This document shows, in pieces, positions 1-9,919 of a DNA stretch of 64,000 nt (within the stretch, counting starts at the first letter, position 1; each line of letters begins with the position of its first letter). The translations under genes were made by a program, and so were the position numbers. Source of the DNA: Anthoceros angustus (lineage: Eukaryota > Plantae > Anthocerotophyta); contig MU008177.1 in assembly GCA_010909165.1 (NCBI GenBank), positions 434,001-498,000 on the forward strand, given 5' to 3'. The notes below the pieces were generated by a model. It saw nothing but the letters and a program-made list of their open reading frames with translations, was not told the origin of the DNA and searched no databases.

Positions 1-314
1 CAGGCTGAAGAAGTGATCACGGAACGGCTGGGTCTTCCTTACGTTGCTGTCTTGTTTCCCAAAGTTCTGAATGTGTGCACCTTCGCTGCACCTTGCCACC
101 TCCCCAGCTGAAAGTCTATGGCTGCCGTGAACTTTCGATCGAATAAGACTTAAATCCTGAACATCGTCTGCATCTCGGCTGAGCTCTCTTTCAACTTGAG
201 GAACAGACAACATCCTCCTAGCTGTGGAATTGTCTGCAGATGTTAGGAGAATAGTCCGCGGTTATCAGTGCGGAAGTCGCTTTAATCCTCCTTGCAATCT
301 TGGTAGCACCGAGG

Positions 315-1004
315 TCACAAATTCTTAAACACGCTGTCGGAGAGCTGCGACAGGATTGCATTCACAGTGAGCAGCACCACACCGGATCCCAGGATCATGG
401 CCACAACCACGCTCGTGGTTCCGAGCACCTTCTGGAAAGACGGCCATTCTATCAGCCGCGTCTCCTCCACTACACCACTCCAGAAATTTGTCGAGGGTTC
501 CTGCACGCCCTCGGACGCCCTTGCCTCTCGCAATGCCCTAATCGCATTGCCGACATCTTGTTGCGACCCCAGTTGGTCGGCACCCGCGCCATCCCCAGCT
601 GCGTTTCCCGCTGGCTGCTCTGCATCGGTCTGGGGTGTAGCTGTCGCCTCTCCTCCTTCCGCCCTTTGCTCCCCTGCGCAACCGCAAAGGGTTCCAGGCG
701 TCCCGCCTCGTCAGGGCAGCGTCTGCGCTGCGTTAGCTACTACACGACATGCAAAGCCAACCCTACCTCGATCGCCACCGTCACCGCCACCGCTTGAACC
801 TCGGACAGCATCGGGTGACGGCGAGGGAGAGGCCCTCAAGGTCACCACACGTCCATTGGCTCTCCTGGTCGCACCCACACCCTGACGCCAAACCGTGGTG
901 CATCCCAAGGTGGACATGCGCTCGAAGGCAGGTAGTCTGCTGCTGCTCCTCACAGCGGTGGCAGCTCCGGGACTCCTGCCTGCCAGAGTGACAGCCATCG
1001 CCAT
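315..1004 (-). CDS. SECE1: Chloroplast preprotein translocase subunit SecE1, 2 exons (1004-767, 673-315)
   Basis: Exon 1 is a Ser/Arg/Ala-rich transit peptide (MAMAVTLAGRSPGAATAVRSSSRL). A GT-AG intron at 766-674 (phase 1) joins it in frame to FWSGVVEETRLIEWPSFQKVLGTTSVVVAMILGSGVVLLTVNAILSQLSD, the SecE amphipathic helix, I-x-W-P hinge and single TM helix. Confidence 0.92.
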
Positions 1005-1381
1005 CCTTGAAGCGAGAACCAGTCTCGCAGAAAGAAGCCTCACCTGGTATGGATAAAACGCAAGGAGACGGTTCCACGGTTAGGGCGGGCAACCGATGTG
1101 TGTGGGGCATGCATTCCATTCAGTCCTCGATTATCTTCATAACTGCCTCACCGTCAAATTGGCAGGCTATGGGATACATCTCCGCATGCCCCTGAGAATC
1201 CGCGAGGAGGCGACGCTGTGGAACCTGTGGTGCTCAAAACAGTGTGAAACAGCGTTCTGTGCCGTGTTTGAATGCTCCTGTACTGAATCTGTAAGGATGG
1301 ATGATGATTGAAGTAATGTGTGGTGTGGCTCGGATGCTACTTTGTCTACAGGTCCGACACTTCCACATTGCCGCTGCCCGA

Positions 1382-2310
1382 TCAGAGCACGGGAAAGTTT
1401 GGCAAAAATCTGTACAGAAAATCTAAGAAGCCTGTCCCTTTGAGGATACCCTTGCCTGTAACCAACTCGATGATGAGCAGCGCAGTGAAGCCTATCATGG
1501 CCGCCCTTCCATTAGTAATCTCGTTATCCGGAGTGAAACCAAAGCCCCCAGCCTCCTTCTCGTCCACCTCCACCATCCTCGTCTGCGCAAAGGAGGAGAA
1601 TGCAGAATCAGTATAGCTCCTTCCAACGAGAACTTCCTTCACTCACAATGAACTGTGGCAAGCACAAAAGGGAAGCCATACCTCTTCCACATCCACATTC
1701 GTGGCCGTCTTCCCAGCCTGTGTGGATCCACCGAAGATAATCTCCGCAGATTGTCCGCTTATCCCTTTCTTCAGATCAACGTAGATGTAGTCCGAGTCCA
1801 CCTTCACCGGGTACACATCCAGCTGCCTCACAGGCGGGGTGAGAAATCTGAGCACCGCATTGGTAGGGTACCAGTCGACGATGGCCCCGGTCTTGAGGTC
1901 GAATGTGGTTTCCGTGGACGGGCACACAATGCAGCCGTCCTGTTGTTCAAGGCGAGTGAGCTGAATACTGAAAGGAGGTCTGGCGCACATAGATCTCACA
2001 CACGGGATGGAATGCTATGCGTACCTGCGTCAATTTGGCGTTGAAGAAGCCTTCGCTGTAGGCTCCTTCGGCCGGGGACGTGTTCTCGATTGCGAACACC
2101 TCGCTCTTGTACCACAGCAGCAGAATTGTCTCTCCGTCCTGCCGCACCAGCCGCCTCTCGCCCTTAGGCAGCGCGGTCACAGGAATGACGGGCACCCAGC
2201 GGGTGGCCTCAGACCCGGCCTCGGCCTCGGCCTCTGCCGCAGTGGACACCTCCCCCGCGCTAGCCCTGGCCCCCGTCCTTGCGCAGCCCGCTGCGGGCGC
2301 CTGCCATCGC
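1382..2310 (-). CDS. PSB33: PSB33/LIL8-like thylakoid protein (Rieske-like fold plus C-terminal LHC motif), 5'-truncated; exons ~2310-2025, 1939-1682, 1582-1382
   Basis: Rieske-like WVPVIPVTALPKGERRLVRQDGETILLLWYKSEVFAIENTSPAEGAYSEGFFNAKLTQ|DGCIVCPSTETTFDLKTG is followed by the LHC motif FGFTPDNEITNGRAAMIGF. Two canonical phase-0 GT-AG introns. No in-frame ATG before the frame enters the CG tract. Confidence 0.9.
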
Positions 2311-4561
2311 AGCGCGCGCGCGCGCGCGCGGCGCGCGCGCGCGCGCGCGCGCGCGCGCGCGCGCGCGCGCGCGCGCGCGCGCGGCGCGCGCGCGCGCGCG
2401 CGCGCGCGCGCGCGCGCGCGCGCGCGCGCGCGCGCGCGCGCGCGCGCGCGCGCGCGCGCGCGCGCGCGCGCGGCAGCGCGCGCGCGCGCGCGCGGCAGCG
2501 CGCGCGCGCGCGCGCGGCAGCGCGCGCGGCGCGCGGCGCGCGCGCGCGCGCGCGCGCGCGCGCGCGCGCGCGCGCGCGCGCGCGCGGCGCGCGCGCGCGC
2601 GCGCGCGCGCGCGCGCGCGCGCGCGCGCGCGCGCGCGCGCGCGCGCGCGCGCGCGCGCGCGCGCGCGCGCGCGCGGCGCGCGCGCGCGCGCGCGCGCGCG
2701 CGCGCGCGCGCGCGCGCGCGCGCGCGCGCGGCGCGGCGCGCGCGCGCGCGCGGCGCGCGGCGCGCGCGCGCGCGCGCGCGCGCGCGCGCGCGCGCGCGCG
2801 CGCGCGCGCGCGCGCGCGCGCGCGCGCGCGCGGCAGCGCGCGCGCGCGCGCGGCGCGCGGCAGCGCGCGCGCGCGCGCGGCGCGGCGCGCGCGCGCGCGC
2901 GCGCGCGCGGCGCGCGCGCGCGCGCGCGCGGCGCGCGCGCGCGCGCGCGCGCGCGCGCGCGCGCGCGCGCGCGCGCGCGCGCGCGCGCGCGGCGCGCGCG
3001 CGCGCGCGCGCGCGCGCGCGCGCGCGCGCGCGCGCGCAGCGCGCGCGCGCGCGCGCGCGCGCGCGCGCGCGCGCGCGCGCGCGCGCGCGCGCGCGCGCGC
3101 GCGCGCGCGCGCGCGCGCGCGCGCGCGCGCGCGCGCGCGCGCGCGCGCGCGCGCGCGCGCGCGCGCGCGCGCGCGCGCGCGCGCGCGCGCGCGCGGCGCG
3201 GCGCGCGCGCGCGCGCGCGCGCGCGCGCGCGCGCGCGCGCGCGCGCGCGCGCGCGCGCGCGCGCGGCGCGCGCGCGCGCGGCGCGCGCGCGCGCGCGCGC
3301 GCGCGCGCGCGCGCGCGCGCGCGCGCGCGCGCGCGCGCGCGCGCGCGCGCGCGCGCGCGCGCGCGCGCGCGCGCGCGCGCGCGCGCGGCGCGCGCGCGCG
3401 CGCGCGCGCGCGCGCGCGCGCGCGCGCGCGCGCGCGCGCGCGCGCGCGCGCGCGCGCGCGCGCGCGCGCGCGCGCGCGCGCGCGCGCGCGCGCGCGCGCG
3501 CGCGCGCGCGGCGCGCGGCGCGCGCGCGCGCGCGCGCGCGGCAGCGCGCGCGCGCGCGCGCGCGCGCGCGGCGGCGCGCGCGCGCGCGCGCGCGCGCGCG
3601 CGCGCGCGCGGCGCGCGCGCGCGCGCGCGCGCGCGCGCGCGCGCGCGCGCGCGCGCGCGCGCGCGGCGCGCGCGCGCGCGCGCGCGCGCGCGCGCGCGCG
3701 GCGCGCGCGCGCGCGCGCGCGCGCGCGCGCGCGCGCGCGCGCGCGCGCGCGCGCGCGCGCGCGCGCGCGCGCGCGCGCGCGCGCGCGCGCGCGCGCGCGG
3801 CGCGCGCGCGCGCGCGCGCGCGCGCGCGCGCGCGCGCGCGCGCGCGCGCGCGCGGCAGCGCGCGCGCGCGCGCGCGCGCGCGCGCGCGCGCGCGCGCGCG
3901 CGCGCGCGCGCGCGCGCGCGCGCGCGCGCGCGCGCGCGCGCGCGCGCGCGCGCGCGCGCGCGCGCGCAGCGCGCGCGCGCGCGCGCGCGCGCGCGCGCGC
4001 GCGCGCGCGCGCGCGCGCGCGCGCGCGCGCGCGCGCGCGCGCGCGCGCGCGCGCGCGCGCGCGCGCGCGCAGCGCGCGCGCGCGCGCGCGCGCGCGCGCG
4101 CGCGCGGCGCGCGCGCGCGCGCGCGCGCGGCGCGCGCGCGCGCGCGCGCGCGCGCGCGCGCGCGCGCGCGGCGCGCGCGCGCGCGCGCGCGCGCGCGCGC
4201 GCGCGCGCGCGCGCGCGCGCGCGCGCGCGCGCAGCGCGCGCGCGCGCGCGCGCGCGCGCGCGCGCGCGCGCGCGCGCGCGCGCGCGCGCGCGCGCGCGCG
4301 CGCGCGCGCGCGCGCGCGCGCGCGCGGCGCAGCGCGCGCGCGCGCGCGCGCGCGCGCGCGCGCGCGCGCAGCGCGCGCGCGCGCGCGCGCGCGCGCGCGG
4401 CAGCGCGCGCGCGCGGCGCGCGCGGCGCGCGCGGCGCGGCGCGCGGCGCGCGCAGCGCGCGCAGCGGCGAAAGCAGCGCGCGCGCGCGCGCGCCGCGCAG
4501 CGCGCGCGCGCGCGCGCGCGCGCGCGCGCAGCGCGCGCGCGGCGCGCGGCAGCGCGCGCGC
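2311..4561. repeat. ~2.25-kb (CG)n dinucleotide tract, probably a consensus artefact
   Basis: Almost pure alternating CG with scattered extra G or GCA interruptions. It interrupts the PSB33 reading frame on the left and fuses into the middle of another gene's exon 1 on the right. Confidence 0.95.
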
Positions 4562-5244
4562 GGCAGCAGCAGCAGAGATTGAGAGGAAAGTGATCGAGAA
4601 GCTGACAGCAGAGCATGTGCGAGCGTTGGCGGAAATAGAGGTGGGATACTGCCTCCTGATTCAGTTGCCGATGTGAAGCCAGGAAAGATCCTCCTGAGCT
4701 CTATAGAGTCTTCGCAATGGCAATTGCAGGTCAGAGACAATCCAGCGGCGGTTCACCATAGCAAAGTCTTTGCTGGCCAAAGCTGACAAGTTTGTTCAGA
4801 ATGGCTAGATGCTGGAATATGGGCGTACGCATTTTGAAATGCATAGCACGGGCAGGCTGGTGCTCAAGATTGTGATGGCCTCGGCGCCGGGGCGGCCGGG
4901 GAAGGACGGGGCGGCCGGGGAAGGACGGGGCGGCCGGGGAAGGACGGGGCGGCCGGGACCGACCTGCCGGGGTCGTGTTCCAGCTGGAGACGGACGGCGG
5001 GAGGGAGTCCAGGCGGCAGGTATTGGGGTGGCACGGGTGGGGTGTCTGGGGCAGGGAAAGGAAGAAGAAGAAGAAGAAGAAGAAGAATAGGGGCGGAGGC
5101 AGAAGGCCAAATCAGCAAATGCGTTGGCAGCAGCAGAGATTGAGAGGAAAGTGATCGAGAAGCTGACAAGTTTGTTCAGAATGGCTAGATGCTGGAATAT
5201 GGGCGTACGCATTTTGAAATGCATAGCACGGGCAGGCTGGTGCT

Positions 5245-5935
5245 CAAGATTGTGATGGCCTCGGCGCCGGGGCGGCTGGGACCGACCTGCCGGGGTCGTG
5301 TTCCAGCTGGAGACGGACGGCGGGAGGGAGCTCCGGGAATGTGGTGCTGGCGGGAGGGAGTCCAGGCGGCAGGTATTGGGGTGGCACGGGTGGGGTGTCT
5401 GGGGCAGGGAAAGGGCGGGGATGGGCGGAAGGATGGGGTGCAGGTGTCAGGGTCTTCGCAAGGGAGTGGTGCGGGGGGTTTCGACTCAGGGTTTCCCGAC
5501 GGATGTCCCAGGGTTCGCACGGTTATTATTAATGGGGTTGAAATTGACGAGGCTGGGTTGCAGAGGCTCATTGCCAGCTTGCCCGGCACGTCTTCGATTT
5601 CCGAGGTTGTTACCCCGGCTGCGGATGGGAATGGGGATAAGGCTGTGAAGGTTGCAGTCCAGGGTGGAGTGCCGGATGAGGTTTTAGATAGTGGTACTGT
5701 GATGTCGACACCTGTTGCGGCCTTGGAGGGTGAGGTTGCCTCCCAGGCTAGTTTGGCTGAGGGAGCTCAGGGCTCTGATTTGCAGGTAATGACAGTGGAG
5801 ATGGGTTCCCAAGAAAGGGCGCTTGTGTTTCCGGGGCTGGGAGAAGGGACTTCGACGCTTACAGCGGGCGATGAGCAGCTTTCGTCATTTGACGTGGCTT
5901 CTGACGGGTTAGAATCTCTCAGGATACTGCCTCCT
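5245..5935 (+). other. Open frame of unknown origin (Gly/Val/Ala/Ser/Asp-rich), repeated in part at 5990-6368, 8760-9165 and 11175-11380
   Basis: About 230 codons without a stop (RVRTVIINGVEIDEAGLQRLIASLPG...LRILPPDS). Both ends are mosaic junctions, so the true start and stop are unknown. No family recognised. Confidence 0.3.
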
Positions 5936-6524
5936 GATTCCGGCCTTCGAGCAGTTGGGTACAGGACTCTGCCGCCCCAGGAGGCTGGTGCTCAAGATTG
6001 TGATGGCCTCGGCGCCGGGGCGGCCGGGGAAGGACGGGGCGGCTGGGACCGACCTGCCGGGGTCGTGTTCCAGCTGGAGACGGACGGCGGGAGGGAGCTC
6101 CGGGAATGTGGTGCTGGCGGGAGGGAGTCCAGGCGGCAGGTATTGGGGTGGCACGGGTGGGGTGTCTGGGGCAGGGAAAGGGCGGGGATGGGCGGAAGGA
6201 TGGGGTGCAGGTGTCAGGGTCTTCGCAAGGGAGTGGTGCGGGGGGTTTCGACTCAGGGTTTCCCGACGGATGTCCCAGGGTTCGCACGGTTATTATTAAT
6301 GGGGTTGAAATTGACGAGGCTGGGTTGCAGAGGCTCATTGCCAGCTTGCCCGGCACGTCTTCGATTTCGAGGTTGTTCAGGCTGCTGAAGCTGCAGCGCG
6401 GCTCCTGCTTCAGCCTCGCCGGGAGCAAGCAGAGAAAATCCGAGGAGGAAGAGGAAGCCGCAGATCCGGCGCTTAGGATGGATCCCACGGATTCACGCAC
6501 ACAAGAGACGCGGAAGCAGCCGCC

Positions 6525-9500
6525 ATGGCTCAAGCAAATGCGTTGGCAGCAGCGGCAGCAGAGATTGAGAGGAAAGTGATCGAGAAGCTGACAGCAGAGC
6601 ATGTGCGAGCGTTGGCGGAAATAGAGGTGGGATGCAGCTGCAGGACAGTTAAAGGGGGTGCGCATACCATTAGTTGTCCCTATCCTTTCACCTCCTCTGG
6701 CAGTATGGTGCAACGAAAAATAAAAGAGCAATATGATGAACTTGTTCGGTCGAATGCGGGACGAACCTTGACACTTGCGCAGGTGCCTGTGATTCCTTCC
6801 CTGTTTGGTTATTCAAAAAGTGAAGTCCCCAGATAGGCTGACTGGATTGGCTACAGGAGTGTGTAGTCAAAGAGCTGCCCCCTGCCAAATTTGTGCTGCT
6901 TGATATTTCTGTAGGCTCGCTTGCATGCGAATGTTGACAGAGGCTTTCACAATTGTCATGTAGGTCGGGCGGTTCACGACATGCTTAGTTGAAGCAAAAA
7001 CTGCACTCCAACAGAAGTATGGTGTTTCTGTAAATTCTTGAGTAGTGTGCTATTGCTTATCCGTTGGTTTGTCTCCTGAGCTCTATAGAGTCTTCGCAAT
7101 GGCAATTGCAGGTCAGAGACAATCCAGCGGCGGTTCACCATAGCAAAGTCTTTGCTGGCCAAAGCTGACAAGTCATCTTTTGATCGGCTATGTGGGCAGG
7201 TACTCAATCAATCTCTGAGTTCTCTTACCATGTTTTCTCTTGGGTAGTTCCTTGTGGTTGGAGCACTAGTGCATTCCAGGGGCCTTGCGTCATCTCCTGG
7301 CTAACATGACATAGGCGTTGTGCAGATTTATGGACTAGAAATCGAACAGAAAAAACTGGAGGAGGATACTATAGTTTATAATCGGCTGCAGGAGCAACTG
7401 AAGTTATCACCTGCATATCAGAAGGTGTGGTGTCACTGTACATTTCTAAGTGTGAATCTGTTGGAGAATGTTCTTTTCAATGATACTGACAAGTTTGTTC
7501 AGAATGGCTAGATGCTGGAATATGGGCGTACGCATTTTGAAATGCATAGCACGGGCAGGCTGGTGGAGAAGCAAAAGCCAGATAGCAATGATATCTCTTT
7601 CGAGGAATTATTGGCTCAGGAGAAGAAGGAGAAGGAGAGGAAGGAGCCGCGAAGGCCTCGGCAGAAGTGGGCGGCGGTGGAGGACGAGGAGGCATGGTAG
7701 ACTCCCGCCATGCGCGTCGCCGTGTTGGATCTGCGCAAACCCTCGCCCGGCCCGCGGCCTGATCCGCTCGCCCGGCTATGGCGCTCTGGCTGCTCTGTGT
7801 GATCGGGGTTGCGCTGCTCGCCGTTGCATTGCTCACGATCCTGGCAGTGCTGGTTCCTGATTCCGGCCTTCGAGCAGTTGGGTACAGGACTCTGCCGCCC
7901 CAGGAGGCTGACGGGCCCTCTGCTCCTGCTGCCGCTCCGGCTCCTGCTCCGGTTGTGGCTGTGCCTGTTGTGGTGGAAGCTGCTGCCGAGGGTGTGGAAG
8001 CTGCGGACGTTGTGGAAGCTGCCGAGGTTGTTCAGGCTGCTGAAGCTGCAGCTGGTGCGGCTGGTCGAAAGGGAGAGGACAGGGAATTGGGGGGCACGAG
8101 GACGGGGGAGATGGAGATCTCGCCGGGGAATGCAGGGCGCGGGAGGATGGCGGGGCTGCACTGCATGCGCCTCCTTCGAGGAGGCTGGTGGAGAAGCAAA
8201 AGCCAGATAGCAATGATATCTCTTTCGAGGAATTATTGGCTCAGGAGAAGAAAGACTCGTTCTGGTACAGAAGTGCTCCTCCTTCTCCTTGTCAAATTCT
8301 ACCAAGGTTGGTGTTTTTCTGCGTGTCGTGCCTCCAGATTCACCTTTCAGACATGTCTTCTAGCTTAGCATTTCTCTCGTGACTGTGTAAGCAGGCAAAA
8401 CATAGTCCAGCACAGGCTTCTGTCCCTGTGGTGGGGACCTAGTGCTAATCGAAGTGTGACATACGGGGGTTAAACTGGAGCTGTTTACCGGAATCTTTGG
8501 CACCCTATACGTCACACAACTGGCTCTGTAAGTTCCTTCTGCCTTTCAAACTGCTTAGGTCGTGTTGGGATTGACATTCTGTTCTACTGCTGCAGCCTTG
8601 TTGTTTCTTGGCACACAAGGACATAACAGTCCAGTGTCTCCCATTATCCATGATTTGTCCAGCTTAGGCTGGGCGCACACGATTTTTTTTGCCTCTGCCT
8701 CTCTGCCCGAACTTAGAGTGAATGAAATTATCTGATGTCTGGTGAATGAACGCCAGTTTGGTTGCAGAGGCTCATTGCCAGCTTGCCCGGCACGTCTTCG
8801 ATTTCCGAGGTTGTTACCCCGGCTGCGGATGGGAATGGGGATAAGGCTGTGAAGGTTGCAGTCCAGGGTGGAGTGCCGGATGAGGTTTTAGATAGTGGTA
8901 CTGTGATGTCGACACCTGTTGCGGCCTTGGAGGGTGAGGTTGCCTCCCAGGCTAGTTTGGCTGAGGGAGCTCAGGGCTCTGATTTGCAGGTAATGACAGT
9001 GGAGATGGGTTCCCAAGAAAGGGCGCTTGTGTTTCCGGGGCTGGGAGAAGGGACTTCGACGCTTACAGCGGGCGATGAGCAGCTTTCGTCATTTGACGTG
9101 GCTTCTGACGGGTTAGAATCTCTCAGGATACTGCCTCCTGATTCAGTTGCCGATGTGAAGCCAGGAAAGATCCTCCTGAGCTCTATAGAGTCTTCGCAAT
9201 GGCAATTGCAGGTCAGAGACAATCCAGCGGCGGTTCACCATAGCAAAGTCTTTGCTGGCCAAAGCTGACAAGTCATCTTTTGATCGGCTATGTGGGCAGG
9301 TACTCAATCAATCTCTGAGTTCTCTTACCATGTTTTCTCTTGGGTAGTTCCTTGTGGTTGGAGCACTAGTGCATTCCAGGGGCCTTGCGTCATCTCCTGG
9401 CTAACATGACATAGGCGTTGTGCAGATTTATGGACTAGAAATCGAACAGAAAAAACTGGAGGAGGATACTATAGTTTATAATCGGCTGCAGGAGCAACTG

Positions 9501-9919
9501 AAGTTATCACCTGCATATCAGAAGGTGTGGTGTCACTGTACATTTCTAAGTGTGAATCTGTTGGAGAATGTTCTTTTCAATGATACTGACAAGTTTGTTC
9601 GAATGGCTAGATGCTGGAATATGGGCGTACGCATTTTGAAATGCATAGCACGGGCAGGCTGGTGGAGAAGCAAAAGCCAGATAGCAATGATATCTCTTTC
9701 GAGGAATTATTGGCTCAGGAGAAGAAAGACTCGTTCTGGTACAGAAGTGCTCCTCCCTTCTCCTTGTCAAATTCTACCAAGGTTGGTGTTTTTTCTGCGT
9801 GTCGTGCCTCCAGATTCACCTTTCAGACATGTCTTCTAGCTTAGCATTTCTCTCGTGACTGTGTAAGCAGGCAAAAACATAGTCCAGCACAGGCTTCTGT
9901 CCCTGTGGTGGGGACCTAG
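6525..9919 (+). CDS. Conserved land-plant coiled-coil protein of unknown function (~224 aa, 6 exons), disrupted and duplicated by the mosaic
   Basis: Exons 6525-6782, 6964-7016, 7112-7199, 7326-7424, then 7512- (intact copy 9611-9738) and 9871-9919, with GT-AG introns and consistent phases. Protein: MAQANALAAAAAEIERKVIEKL...LTLAQVGRFTTCLVEAKTALQQKSETIQRRFTIAKSLLAKADKSSFDRLCGQIYGLEIEQKKLEED...LKLSPAYQKMLE...DISFEELLAQEKKDSFWQKH. I recall similar motifs in uncharacterised angiosperm proteins. Confidence 0.85.
7778..8185 (+). CDS. Possible N-terminally membrane-anchored Ala/Pro/Val/Glu-rich protein (fragment)
   Basis: MALWLLCVIGVALLAVALLTILAVLV (signal or TM segment) followed by a low-complexity PSAPAAAPAPAPVVAVPVVVEAAAE tract. 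The 3' end is a mosaic junction. Confidence 0.3.

Noticed and set aside
1682-2200. PSB33 Rieske domain lacks the Cys/His 2Fe-2S ligands (ENTSPAEG, CPST)
   Set aside because: This is a known property of the PSB33/LIL8 family, not a novelty or pseudogenisation.
1947-4740. Five listed 767-889 aa poly(Arg-Ala) ORFs
   Set aside because: They are a trivial consequence of a stop-free (CG)n tract and are not credible proteins.
5189-6388. 399-aa ORF starting MLEYGRTHF
   Set aside because: A chimera of an internal exon of the coiled-coil gene with unrelated blocks across microhomology junctions.
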